From Coriobacteriales bacterium (GTDB lineage: Bacteria > Actinomycetota > Coriobacteriia > Coriobacteriales > QAMH01): 64,000 bases of DNA. The first letter of the stretch is position 1. Each line of letters opens with the position of its first letter. This document shows, piece after piece, positions 21,515 through 31,206 of this stretch. A program made the position numbers and the translations under genes. A model generated the notes under the pieces. It worked only from the letters and a program-made list of their open reading frames with translations. It was not told where the DNA came from and made no database searches. The stretch is taken from assembly GCA_050943615.1 (NCBI GenBank), contig JBMNPN010000003.1, positions 1,058 through 65,057 on the forward strand, in the 5' to 3' direction.

Positions 21515-22882
21515 TTACTCTGACTTTACGTGCTTTTGATAATACCCCTCGATGTTCACCTGTTTGCTACGTTCAAGGGCGAGCGCACCATCTGGTACAT
21601 CTTCGGTAATGCAGCTTGCCGCGCCCGTGACAACATGGTCGCCGAGCGTGACTGGCGCCACGAGCATCGTGCTCGATCCGATGAACGCCCCATCTCCGAT
21701 GGTCGTCGGGTTCTTTTTTGTCCCGTCGTAGTTGCAGGTGATGGTCCCCGCTCCGAGATTGGCGTCCCGCCCGATCTTGGCGTCGCCGACATAGCTCAGG
21801 TGCGGGACCTTGCTGCCCGGTCCGATGACCGACTTCTTAATCTCCACGTGCGTGCCGGCCTTGGAGCCGTCGCACAGGTGCGTCCCGGGGCGCAGGTAGG
21901 CGCGCGGTCCGCAGTCGACGTCGTTGTCGATGCGCGTCTCGATGCCGACCGTCTCGTCGATACGACAGCGCTCGCCGACCGTGCAGTCCGTGAGACGCGT
22001 GTTCGGGCCGACGACGCAGCCCTTGCCGATGCTCGTCTTGCCCCAGAGCATCGTGAGCGGCAGCAGCTCGACGTCGTTTTCGACCTTTACATCGGGGCCG
22101 ACCCAGACCAGATTGGAATCGAGCATCGTGACACCCTCATCAAGAAGCATCGCGTTGATGCGGTGCTGCGCGACCTTCGTGGCAGCCTCGAGCTGGGAAC
22201 GCGAGTTGATGCCGAGGCACTCGTCATCGTCGTTCACGACCATGCTCGAGACCTTGAGCCCCTGATCGGCAAGGATCGAGAGCATATCGGTCAGGTAGTA
22301 CTCGTGCTGCGCGTTATCGCGGTCGAGCTTGTCGATGTTGCCGAGCAGCGCCTCTGCATCAAAGCAGTAGATGCCCGAATTGCACTCGTCGATCTTGCGC
22401 TGTTCGGGCGTGCAGTCCTTCTCCTCCACGATGCCGCAGACGTTTCCGTCCCCATTGCGCACGATACGCCCATATCCCGTGGGGTCTGCGGGGCGCATGG
22501 TGAGAACCGTTGCCGCAGATGCGGTCTTCTCATGCGAGGCGACCAGATCGGTTATCGTCTCGGCGCGGATGAGGGGTGTGTCGCCGCACAGCACGACGAT
22601 GCTTCCCTTGTAGCCCTTGAGCGCATCGGCCGCGCACATCACGGTGTGTCCTGTGCCGAGCATCTCGTCTTGATAGGAAATGACGCAGTCGCCGAGCAGC
22701 GGCTCGACCTGTTCGCGTCCGTGGCCAATGACGACATGGACCGTCTCGCATCCGGCTTCATGCGCCGCATCGACGACCCAGCGCACGAGCGGCTTTCCCA
22801 GCATTTCGTGGGCGACTTTGGGTTTGTCCGATTTCATACGGGTGCCCATGCCAGCGGCCAAAATCAAAGCTCGAGCTTTCAC
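21515..22882 (-). CDS. glmU: Bifunctional GlcNAc-1-P uridyltransferase / GlcN-1-P acetyltransferase
   Basis: LILAAGMGTRMKS motif, with hexapeptide-repeat C-terminal half. Start set at GTG 22882 (GGAG 5-6 nt upstream), because the track ATG at 22933 lies inside tRNA-Gln. Confidence 0.9.
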   Translation of the reverse strand: MKARALILAAGMGTRMKSDKPKVAHEMLGKPLVRWVVDAAHEAGCETVHVVIGHGREQVEPLLGDCVISYQDEMLGTGHTVMCAADALKGYKGSIVVLCGDTPLIRAETITDLVASHEKTASAATVLTMRPADPTGYGRIVRNGDGNVCGIVEEKDCTPEQRKIDECNSGIYCFDAEALLGNIDKLDRDNAQHEYYLTDMLSILADQGLKVSSMVVNDDDECLGINSRSQLEAATKVAQHRINAMLLDEGVTMLDSNLVWVGPDVKVENDVELLPLTMLWGKTSIGKGCVVGPNTRLTDCTVGERCRIDETVGIETRIDNDVDCGPRAYLRPGTHLCDGSKAGTHVEIKKSVIGPGSKVPHLSYVGDAKIGRDANLGAGTITCNYDGTKKNPTTIGDGAFIGSSTMLVAPVTLGDHVVTGAASCITEDVPDGALALERSKQVNIEGYYQKHVKSE

Positions 22883-22899
22883 ATGTGCTCCAAAGAAAG

Positions 22900-22973
22900 T
22901 GGCTGGGGTAGCAGGAATCGAACCCGCATTCACGGTACCAAAAACCGTTGTCCTACCGTTGAACGATACCCCA
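22900..22973 (-). tRNA. tRNA-Gln (anticodon TTG)
   Basis: Hand-folded cloverleaf, 74 nt: acceptor TGGGGTA/TACCCCA, anticodon stem ACGGT/ACCGT, loop TTTTGGT, T-loop GGTTCGATTCC, encoded CCA. Confidence 0.9.
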
Positions 22974-23091
22974 GTTTGCAGTGACAGATTCTAAATAAGG
23001 ATACCCGACCCGACAAGCTCGTTTCGACAAAATTCAATCCCTTGCCAAAAGAACACAGCCGGCACGCGCAGGGCAGACCCTTCCTGCGATC

Positions 23092-24018
23092 TCAGCGCGC
23101 AGCATGCGCAATCCGCGTCCAGGCACATTGGCCTGCGATACGCGACGCAAAGCGCTCCGCTGCCTTTTCATCTGCGCAAACCGCAAAGCTCGTCGACCCG
23201 CTCCCCGTGACATGTGCATCGAGGACGTCGGAGTCGGCCTTGGCAGCCTCCAGGCGCTCTTTCAGGCGCGGGAGCGCTGCGCATGCCGCCGGCGCGAGGT
23301 TGTTCGCGCACGCATGGGCAAGCGCCCCGGCATCGGGGGAGGCGGACTCCATGAGAGAGGCGAGCTTCCTGGCATCGGGCGCGGGGACGGGGTTGCGGTC
23401 GAAGGCGCGGTAAACCGCAGGAGTCGAGCAGCCCTCCTCGTCGCCCATGAGGACCAGCGGAAGCGGAAAGCGCGGGAGGCAGCGCACGAGGACATCGCCC
23501 CGCCCCTCCATGAGCGCCGCCCCTCCATAGAGGAAGAACGGGACATCGGCACCGAGGCTGCGCCCCACGCTGAGAAACGCATCTCCCAGCGGATTGAGGC
23601 CCTGCATCTGGGCATAGGCGCGCAGCGCGCAGGCGGCATCGCTCGATCCACCGCCCAAGCCACCGCCCGCGGGAATGCGCTTTTCCACGTTCACGCGCAT
23701 GACCTGACCGCGGGCGACAAGTGGCGTGCCGCATGCGCGCTCGATGCCATCGAGCGCCTTGAAGATGAGGTTTTCAGAAGGGTCGAGAGAAACGCCGGGG
23801 CAGATGAGTTCCACGGGCGTGCGCATCGACGTGAACGCCGCCGATGAGGACGGGGTCGACGTCGTATCCGTGAAGGTGAGCACATCGTGCAGGTCGAGTT
23901 CCTGAAACACCGATTCGAGCTGGTGGAACCCGTCTTTGGGCGGATAGGCAACCGAAAGGCACAGGTTCACCTTGGCATACGCCTCCAGCTGAAAGCTGCG
24001 CGTGATCTGCGTCGTCAT
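23092..24018 (-). CDS. ispE: 4-diphosphocytidyl-2-C-methyl-D-erythritol kinase
   Basis: AYAKVNLCLSV plus GHMP-kinase motif IPAGGGLGGGSSDAAC. Confidence 0.88.
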   Translation of the reverse strand: MTTQITRSFQLEAYAKVNLCLSVAYPPKDGFHQLESVFQELDLHDVLTFTDTTSTPSSSAAFTSMRTPVELICPGVSLDPSENLIFKALDGIERACGTPLVARGQVMRVNVEKRIPAGGGLGGGSSDAACALRAYAQMQGLNPLGDAFLSVGRSLGADVPFFLYGGAALMEGRGDVLVRCLPRFPLPLVLMGDEEGCSTPAVYRAFDRNPVPAPDARKLASLMESASPDAGALAHACANNLAPAACAALPRLKERLEAAKADSDVLDAHVTGSGSTSFAVCADEKAAERFASRIAGQCAWTRIAHAAR

Positions 24019-24062
24019 ATGCCCGTCCTCCTCTCAACCTCTGATGGAATCGGTGCGCATTG

Positions 24063-24099
24063 AAAAAGGCGGGCACCCTCAAACAGGGAGCCCGCCTTT
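24063..24099 (-). terminator. Rho-independent terminator of veg
   Basis: 10-bp stem AAAGGCGGGC / GCCCGCCTTT, followed on the minus strand by TTTTTCAAT. Confidence 0.6.
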
Positions 24100-24121
24100 G
24101 ATGCGACCGCTCGAAAAAACT

Positions 24122-24418
24122 CTACGCGCTCTCCTGCTGCAGCGCCGGGAAGAGCGGCTGCTCGTTTTCGGGGTTGGTGAGCTCGACCGTCCCCGTCAGG
24201 ACGTCGACATACTGATAGGACTGACGTGCCTTGCGTCCGCGTTTTTCTTCAGTTTCGACAATAAACAGGGAGTTATGGGCTTGAGTGAGCACGCCCTCGC
24301 GCTCGATGATCTTGGAACGCCCCATGTTGGCGCGAACCCTCAGACGCTTTCCGGTGTAGCCGACGAGCGTCTTGTGAATGTTGCTAACGGTTTCGACCTG
24401 CGTGATTGCTTCGTCCAT
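24122..24418 (-). CDS. veg: Veg-family protein
   Basis: 98 aa. Core TLVGYTGKRLRVRANMGRSKIIEREGVLTQAHNSLFIVE...YQYVDVLTGTVEL aligns to my recollection of B. subtilis Veg. Next to ispE, as in Bacillus. Confidence 0.75.
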   Translation of the reverse strand: MDEAITQVETVSNIHKTLVGYTGKRLRVRANMGRSKIIEREGVLTQAHNSLFIVETEEKRGRKARQSYQYVDVLTGTVELTNPENEQPLFPALQQESA

Positions 24419-24564
24419 TAAGTTTTAGTGCCTCCTGAGAAAAAACATCGCGAAAGTTTAACACTTTCGTGAATATAAGTACATGTATTATACTTTCCAA
24501 AATTCATCATCTGCTCACTTTGTTAAGCAGCGGTAAACAAAAGTAAGTTTTTTCGGAGAGTGAC

Positions 24565-26331
24565 ATGTCGTTTCTCACGCGTTCCGAGCTGTGCGCTTCG
24601 CCTTCTGCGAAAGCGCTCATCGAAAACAATGTCCCTTCGCGTCTGGCAGAAAAAGATGCGAGCCTGTTCGACTTCGATTCCGAGGCAGCAGAAACATCCG
24701 CCCATAGGCTCGGGTGGACGACACTTGCCACCAATCCACCGACCGACCCCTCTGAAATCGCAATCCTCGCCCAGCATGCGCGCGGCGAGAAACTCGACGC
24801 CGTCGTCCTGATCGGACAGGGCGGCTCTTCCATGGCAGCCCAGACGATCACCAAGCTGCGCAGCCTCGAGGTGACCGACGAGGTACCGTTCCGCACCATG
24901 GACTCGATGTCACCTGTCTACGTGAACCACATCCTGGGATCGTCCGATCCAGCGCACACCATCTACATCGTCTCGAGCAAGTCGGGAACGACGCTCGAGC
25001 CGACGCTTCTGTCCCACGTCGCCTGGAAATACGCCTGCGCGCACCTGGGAAGCGAGCACGCCGGCGGGCGCTTCATCGCCGTCACCGACCCGGGAACCGA
25101 GCTCGAGGCGGTCGCCCGCAAGAACGGGTGGCGCGCCATCGTGCACGGAGACCCAGATGTAGGCGGACGCTATTCCGCGCTCTCCGCCTTCGGCCTGCTG
25201 CCCATGGCCTGTGTCGGCGTCGACGTGGAAAAGACGCTCGAGGACTGCAAGCCAATGGAGCGCCTCTGCGCTTCTGATTCAAATGACAACCCCGCCATCT
25301 GGCTTGCGACCTTCCTCTACGACAACTGGAAGAGCGGACGCGACAAGTTCTCGTTGCTGATGCCGCCCACCAAGCGCGTCTTTGGTCTCTGGGTCGAGCA
25401 GCTCGTCGCCGAGTCACTCGGCAAGAACGGCAAGGGGATACTCCCCAATGTGGAAATCGACTCGGGAATTCTGGCAGATCCCCACACCGACCGCTGCATC
25501 ATCATCTGTAACATGGACAACGACCAGGCCTTCGAACATGCCCGCACCTGCATCCATCCCGACATCCCGACCTTCAGGCTCGACATCCCCGATTCGACGG
25601 CCATGGCCACTTACTTTCTGATCTGGGAATACGCCATCGCCTTCTGCGGCTGGCTCATGAAGGTCGACCCTTTCAATCAGCCCGACGTCGAGAGCACGAA
25701 GAAAGCCGCAAAGCAGATTCTCTCGAAGGGCAGCGCCTCCTTCCAGGTCCCCTTCGACGAGAAGGGTCGCCTGTCATACGAGGAGTTCGACTTGGTGGAC
25801 AACGAGGTGGCCGACCGTCTCTACGTGAGCACCGCGCTTCTCGATACCATGGCATCGCGCCCTGCGCGCATTGACATGAGCGTTGCCATGCGCGCTCTCT
25901 TCAACTCGATCAAACAAGGCGACTATTTCAGCCTCAACGCGTTTCTCCCCTTCCGTGGCGTCGGACGACGCGAAGCACTCGAACGCATCCGCCACCGTGT
26001 CGCCGAACGGCTCAAGACCTGCTCCTGCCTCGAGATTGGGCCCCGTTACCTGCACTCGACCGGTCAGCTGCACAAAGGCGGTCCGAACAACGGCGTCTTT
26101 CTGATCGTGAGCAGCACCGAGCTCTACGACATCAAGATCCCGCACCAGGACTTCACGCTCGGAGACGTCGAGTCTGCCCAGGCGCTCGGCGACTTCTCCG
26201 CTCTGGCGAGCCGTGGCAGGCGTGCCATCTACGTGCACCTGAAGGACAACGATTCGGAATATATCTCTGCGCTGGCAAACGATGCCTGCTCTGCGATTTC
26301 CGCCGCCTATGCCCTGCGCGTGCACCAGTAG
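24565..26331 (+). CDS. pgi: Glucose-6-phosphate isomerase family (SIS domains)
   Basis: 588 aa. Motifs LIGQGGSSMAAQ and SSKSGTTLEPT. GGAGAG lies upstream of the ATG. Longer than typical PGI. Confidence 0.7.
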   Translation: MSFLTRSELCASPSAKALIENNVPSRLAEKDASLFDFDSEAAETSAHRLGWTTLATNPPTDPSEIAILAQHARGEKLDAVVLIGQGGSSMAAQTITKLRSLEVTDEVPFRTMDSMSPVYVNHILGSSDPAHTIYIVSSKSGTTLEPTLLSHVAWKYACAHLGSEHAGGRFIAVTDPGTELEAVARKNGWRAIVHGDPDVGGRYSALSAFGLLPMACVGVDVEKTLEDCKPMERLCASDSNDNPAIWLATFLYDNWKSGRDKFSLLMPPTKRVFGLWVEQLVAESLGKNGKGILPNVEIDSGILADPHTDRCIIICNMDNDQAFEHARTCIHPDIPTFRLDIPDSTAMATYFLIWEYAIAFCGWLMKVDPFNQPDVESTKKAAKQILSKGSASFQVPFDEKGRLSYEEFDLVDNEVADRLYVSTALLDTMASRPARIDMSVAMRALFNSIKQGDYFSLNAFLPFRGVGRREALERIRHRVAERLKTCSCLEIGPRYLHSTGQLHKGGPNNGVFLIVSSTELYDIKIPHQDFTLGDVESAQALGDFSALASRGRRAIYVHLKDNDSEYISALANDACSAISAAYALRVHQ

Positions 26332-26339
26332 CGACTTCA

Positions 26340-26655
26340 GCTCGCGCAACGTATTGCGTCATCTGACCGCGTTTCTGGTCAGATGGCCCGTAGCTGTGCG
26401 CGAACTCGTACAACTCAATTCCCATGCAACGTATTTCGTCGTCTGACCGAAGATCTGGTCAGATGGCCCGTGGCTTTGCGCGAATCCGAGATTTTCCGAT
26501 CCCGCGCAACGTATTTGGCCATCTGACCGCGAATCTGGTCAGATGGCCCGTGGCTTTGCGCGAACTCGTACAACTCAATTCCCATGCAACGCATAGCGCC
26601 ATCTGACCGCGAATCCGGTCAGATGGCTCGCAGGCGTGCGCGGCATTTCCGCCAT
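26340..26655 (+). repeat. Family A tandem repeat array 2 (4 units, 80 nt period)
   Basis: Units start at 26346, 26426, 26506 and 26586, beginning 15 nt after the pgi stop. Same hairpin module and same orientation as array 1. Confidence 0.85.
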
Positions 26656-26809
26656 CGTCGCCCTTGCAGCCTACCAATATTCAGGAGAATGAAATTTCTC
26701 TCGCTTGAACTGCGTTTTTCCCGGGATTTCAAAGTTTTACCCGGATACGAGTCGGACATCCTGAAAGGTCGCCCCTTCATACTCCTCCCCAGAGGGGAGG
26801 TCGATTGAG

Positions 26810-27433
26810 ATGCCGTCTGCCATATATATCGCTTATGCCGCTGCCGCGTTTGCAGGCGCCGCACTTGTCGCTCCCCAGCTTGCACGTCTGCTCCTTTCCC
26901 GACGCGAACAGCCCCTGTCCCCTATCAAGCCCCTCGCACGCCTTGCGCTTGCAGCCCTTTCAACTGCGGGCGCTTGCGGCATGCTCTGGGAACACGACGC
27001 TCTTGCAACCGCACTCCTACTCGCTGGCCTCATCATCATGGAAGCGCTCGTCATCTGCGATATACGCGCACGCATCTTGCCATGGGAGGGCTGCCTCATG
27101 CTTGGAGTCCTCGGCGTGCTCTTGCGCCTTCTCGATGGTGGCCTTCTCACCTCCATCGCCCTGGCAGCCCTCGTCTTTGCCGCGCTCTTCGGTTCGAGCG
27201 TCCTGGTCTCGCATGGGAAATCGCGTGCCCTCGGGTGGGGTGACCTGCGGCTCATCCCCGCACTCGTGCTCATAGGCGGACCTGCGGGCACCATCTGCGG
27301 CGGACTTGCCTGCGCAGTTGCGGCATGCGCTCATGCGCTCGTCTGTCTTGTCGCACAAAGGGGCTCTGCATCAGATGCCTTCCCCCTCGGGCCGAGCCTG
27401 CTCGTCTGGTTCCTGGTCGTCGCGCTCTGCTGA
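26810..27433 (+). CDS. A24-family prepilin peptidase-like membrane protease
   Basis: Two catalytic Asp contexts, VICDIRARILP and GWGDLRLIPAL. C-terminal FPLGPSL. Polytopic. Confidence 0.7.
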   Translation: MPSAIYIAYAAAAFAGAALVAPQLARLLLSRREQPLSPIKPLARLALAALSTAGACGMLWEHDALATALLLAGLIIMEALVICDIRARILPWEGCLMLGVLGVLLRLLDGGLLTSIALAALVFAALFGSSVLVSHGKSRALGWGDLRLIPALVLIGGPAGTICGGLACAVAACAHALVCLVAQRGSASDAFPLGPSLLVWFLVVALC

Positions 27434-27438
27434 CGGCG

Positions 27439-29049
27439 CTACCTTTGTGAACGCGCTGCCATCAGGGCACGCGCTACGCGAATGCCGTCTATCGCCGCCG
27501 AGGTGATGCCACCCGCATAGCCGGCTCCCTCGCCGCAAGGATAGACGCCCGGCTGCCTTACGGCCATGAGCGTCTCGGGGTCGCGCAAGACGCGAACGGG
27601 AGAAGAGCTTCGCGCCTCGATTCCCGTGAGAACGGCACCGCTGGAGGCAAAACCTCGAATCTTGCGATTGAAGACCGGCAGCGCCTGGCGAAGCGCGCGC
27701 ACTGCGTATGTGGGAAGGCAAACCGCAAGGTCGGTTTCGACCACCCCGAGTGGATAGCTCGGCTCGACACGAGCGCCCGATACCGCGGCATCTGGGAGGA
27801 AATCCGCAAGCCGTTCTGCGGGCGCATGCCAATCGGACCCACCGGCAAGAAAGGCGGCATGTTCCCAGTGCCGCTGGAGCTCGACGCCCGAAAGGGGATC
27901 GTTCGCGTCGGGAAAATCTGCGGGCTGAACCGTGCACAGCAAGGCGGAATTGGCGTTCTTTCCGTCTCGTGCCTGACGAGACATGCCATTTACGCAGAGG
28001 CGCCCCTGTTCGCTCGAAGCCGCGATGACCTCTCCACCCGGGCACATGCAGAAGCTGTAAACGGACCGCCCACCCTTGAGATGGCAGGAGAGCTTGTAGT
28101 CAGCAGCGCCGAGCGCGGGATGTCCGGCAGCGCTTCCGTACTGCGCCCGGTCAAGGTCGCATTGTCGGTGCTCGATGCGCGCGCCGATGGAAAACGGCTT
28201 TTGCTCGAGGGCAAAGCCGCGGGAGACGAGCAACGAGAAGGTATCACGCGCAGAGTGCCCCGTCGCCAGTACCAGCTCGGAGCAGGGGATTCGTTCCTGG
28301 CCAGCTCCCTGACCTTGAACGATTGCCGCGGTAAGCTCACCGTCTGCGCCGAGCTCCAAGTCAACGAGCTTGGCCTTGAAGCGCACCTCGCCTCCACAGG
28401 CGATGATGCGCCTGCGCAGAGCCGCAACGACGCCGCCCAGCACGTCAGTTCCAATGTGGGGCCTGGCCTGCCAGAGAATCTCGCGGGGAGCCCCCGCCGC
28501 GGCAAAGGTCTCGAGAACGTTACGCACCAGCGGTGTGTGCTTGCCGGTCGTGAGCTTGCCGTCACTGAACGTGCCAGCCCCGCCCTCGCCAAACTGCACG
28601 TTGCTCTCCGTATTCAATTTGCGCGTCTTTCGGTAGCGATCGATATCTGCCGTCCGCTCCTCGACGCTGGCCCCACGTTCGATTACGAGCGGGGCAAGGC
28701 CAGCCTCGGCAAGCTCGAGTGCCGCGAAAAGACCAGCCGGCCCCGTGCCAACCACAACCGGGCGCTGGCCATGCGAGACGAGAGGCTCGGGAATCGGACG
28801 CTCGGAAAGGGGAACAATGGGATCGAGGCGCTCGTCCTCCTTCCCTACCAATGCCGTCGCGACAAAGTGGACGTTTCCCTTCTTGCGCGCATCGACCGAA
28901 CGGCGCAGCAAATAGGCCCTCTCGACCCCGAGGAGGTCGGCAAGCAGCGCTGAAGAGCAGTCAGGACCCAGGTCTTGCTCGATGGCAAGGCCCTCATCTA
29001 GGCTCAATGAGATATTCGATCGCTTTTCCATGGATACCGCCCGCCGCAT
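27439..29049 (-). CDS. FAD-dependent oxidoreductase of unknown function (COG2509-like)
   Basis: Dinucleotide fold VVVGTGPAGLFAALELAEAG. C-terminal GVYPCGEGAGYAGGITSAAIDG. Confidence 0.75.
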   Translation of the reverse strand: MRRAVSMEKRSNISLSLDEGLAIEQDLGPDCSSALLADLLGVERAYLLRRSVDARKKGNVHFVATALVGKEDERLDPIVPLSERPIPEPLVSHGQRPVVVGTGPAGLFAALELAEAGLAPLVIERGASVEERTADIDRYRKTRKLNTESNVQFGEGGAGTFSDGKLTTGKHTPLVRNVLETFAAAGAPREILWQARPHIGTDVLGGVVAALRRRIIACGGEVRFKAKLVDLELGADGELTAAIVQGQGAGQERIPCSELVLATGHSARDTFSLLVSRGFALEQKPFSIGARIEHRQCDLDRAQYGSAAGHPALGAADYKLSCHLKGGRSVYSFCMCPGGEVIAASSEQGRLCVNGMSRQARDGKNANSALLCTVQPADFPDANDPLSGVELQRHWEHAAFLAGGSDWHAPAERLADFLPDAAVSGARVEPSYPLGVVETDLAVCLPTYAVRALRQALPVFNRKIRGFASSGAVLTGIEARSSSPVRVLRDPETLMAVRQPGVYPCGEGAGYAGGITSAAIDGIRVARALMAARSQR

Positions 29050-29082
29050 ATGACGCGAGCCGTGAACGAACCCCGCCGGCGT

Positions 29083-30363
29083 CTAGCGGCCCTTTTTCGC
29101 CTTGGCCTTGAGCTCTTCGGCAGACAGCTGCTTTTCTTCGAAGACCTGTTCGCCGTCGAGTCCGAATGCGGAGTGCAACAGGCGCACCGCCTGCTCGGCC
29201 TTGTCCGCGGGGATGACGACGCTCGTGCGGATGTCGGAGGTGGAGATCATGGAGATGTTGATGCCGCCATCGGCAAGCGTACGAAACATCTGCGCCGCAA
29301 CGCCGGAGTTGGCCTTCATGCCGGCACCGACGATGGAGACCTTCGCGATGTTCTCCGCGACGATGAGCTCGCGGGCGCCCAGCTCCTTGATGACCTTGTT
29401 GATGACTTCGGTCACGCGCTCGATGTCGGCCTTGGGACTCGTGAAGGAGATGTCGGTATGCCCGTTTTCCGAGAGGTTCTGGATGATCATGTCGACGCCG
29501 AGGTTGGCATCGGCCATCGCGCCGAACACCGTGGCGGCGACTCCCGCCGTGTCGGGCACGTCGCGAATCGTGAACTTTGCCTCGGAACGGTCGAAGGCGA
29601 CGCCGCTGACAATAGCCTTTTCCATAGACGGATCAAACTCCTTTACGATGGTGCCGGGCTCGTCGGTGAACGCGGAGCGGCAATGGATGACCACGCCGTA
29701 GCTGCGCGCGAACTCGACACAGCGCTTGTGCAGGACCCCGGCGCCGCCCGCCGCCATCTCGAGCATCTCCTCGTATGAGATGACGTCGATTTTCTGCGCA
29801 TGGGGAACTACGCGGGGGTCGGCCGTGAAGACACCGGCTACGTCGGTGAATATCTCGCAGACATCCGCATGGATGCCCGCTGCCACGGCAACGGCGGTCG
29901 TATCGGAGCCGCCACGGCCGAGCGTAGTTATATCGCCGGCGGAGTCGATTCCCTGAAAGCCCGCGACGATGACGATGGCATCGCGCGCAAGCGCCGACTG
30001 GATGCGGTCGGCATGTATTTCGCGAATGGAGGCACGTCCGTGAAGGCTGTCCGTGATGATACCGACCTGGCGCCCGCTCAGGCTGATAGCCGGCTCTCCA
30101 AGGCTTTCGACGGCCATGGCAAGAAGCGACATCGACATCGTCTCGCCCGTCGAGAGGAGCACGTCGAGCTCGCGGGGGTTCGGGTTATCGGAGACATCGG
30201 CGGCAAGATCGAGCAGATCATCGGTCGTCTTGCCCATCGCGGACACGACGGCAACGACCTTGTCCCCAGCACGCTTGCGCCGGACGAGACGCCGGGCGAC
30301 GTTCATGACGCGCTCGGGCGTCGCCACGGAGGTTCCACCGAATTTTGCTACTATCGTTGACAT
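29083..30363 (-). CDS. lysC: Aspartate kinase
   Basis: MSTIVAKFGGTSV, GRGGSDTTA, and two C-terminal ACT-like regions. Confidence 0.9.
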   Translation of the reverse strand: MSTIVAKFGGTSVATPERVMNVARRLVRRKRAGDKVVAVVSAMGKTTDDLLDLAADVSDNPNPRELDVLLSTGETMSMSLLAMAVESLGEPAISLSGRQVGIITDSLHGRASIREIHADRIQSALARDAIVIVAGFQGIDSAGDITTLGRGGSDTTAVAVAAGIHADVCEIFTDVAGVFTADPRVVPHAQKIDVISYEEMLEMAAGGAGVLHKRCVEFARSYGVVIHCRSAFTDEPGTIVKEFDPSMEKAIVSGVAFDRSEAKFTIRDVPDTAGVAATVFGAMADANLGVDMIIQNLSENGHTDISFTSPKADIERVTEVINKVIKELGARELIVAENIAKVSIVGAGMKANSGVAAQMFRTLADGGINISMISTSDIRTSVVIPADKAEQAVRLLHSAFGLDGEQVFEEKQLSAEELKAKAKKGR

Positions 30364-30493
30364 GTACCGTATGGTAGCAAAAGCACAGGTGGCATCGGCA
30401 CAAAATCAGCCAAACGTGCGCAGACAGCGTCTCTGCAGCAAAAACGTTTGAAGTATGGGCCGCATTCGCGCGCAAAGTGGTATCCTGCCCTCC

Positions 30494-31081
30494 ATGAATA
30501 GGGGAACAGAAAAAGACCAATTGCGCGCGCAGCTCAGGCAGATCCGCAAGGGAATTCTGCAGCCCCGCCGTGCCGACCTCGAGAAGAGTCTGCAGGAACG
30601 GCTGCTCAACCTGCCTGCCGTCAAGCATGCGAAGACCTTCGGCGTCTACCATGCCGTGGGATCCGAGGCATCGATAGACGGCGCCATCAGGCACATTCGG
30701 GATTTCGACCAGCGCCCTACTATCGCTTATCCGCTCGTCATCTCCAAGACGATGATGAGCTTTGTCAAGTTCGCCAAGACGGACAACAAGACCGTGCTCG
30801 ACTCTCCCACTGCCATCATCACCAACATCCCCCACGAACGCCTCGTGCCCGCCGATCAGCTCGACCTGATCTTGATTCCGGGAATCGGCTTCGATGCGCA
30901 GGGACACCGCTTGGGCCAGGGCGGCGGCTACTACGACCGCTTCCTGCCTCACATCCGCAGAGACTGCCTCACGATCGGCATCGCGTTCGACGAACAGGTC
31001 CTCGACTCCATACCGAACGATATCCACGATTGCCGCGTGGACTACATCGTCACCCCCACGCGCCTGATCACCGCCCGATAA
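30494..31081 (+). CDS. 5-formyltetrahydrofolate cyclo-ligase
   Basis: IPGIGFDAQGHRLGQGGGYYDRFL signature. Start is ATG 30494 (MNRGTEKDQLR) or 30455. Confidence 0.8.
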   Translation: MNRGTEKDQLRAQLRQIRKGILQPRRADLEKSLQERLLNLPAVKHAKTFGVYHAVGSEASIDGAIRHIRDFDQRPTIAYPLVISKTMMSFVKFAKTDNKTVLDSPTAIITNIPHERLVPADQLDLILIPGIGFDAQGHRLGQGGGYYDRFLPHIRRDCLTIGIAFDEQVLDSIPNDIHDCRVDYIVTPTRLITAR

Positions 31082-31206
31082 AGAGCACCTGCCACCCCAA
31101 GGGCAGCTGCGAAAAAGAGAGACGCTGCACCGTAGATGGCGCAGCGCCTCTCGTCAGCTGAAAGGACGCTCGCCGTCATCTACAGCGAGCAGCCTTCCCC
31201 GTTCAA

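Noticed and set aside
19989-22984. 516-aa and 484-aa plus-strand ORFs
   Set aside because: They are antisense to pth, prs and glmU, all of which carry clear family motifs on the minus strand.
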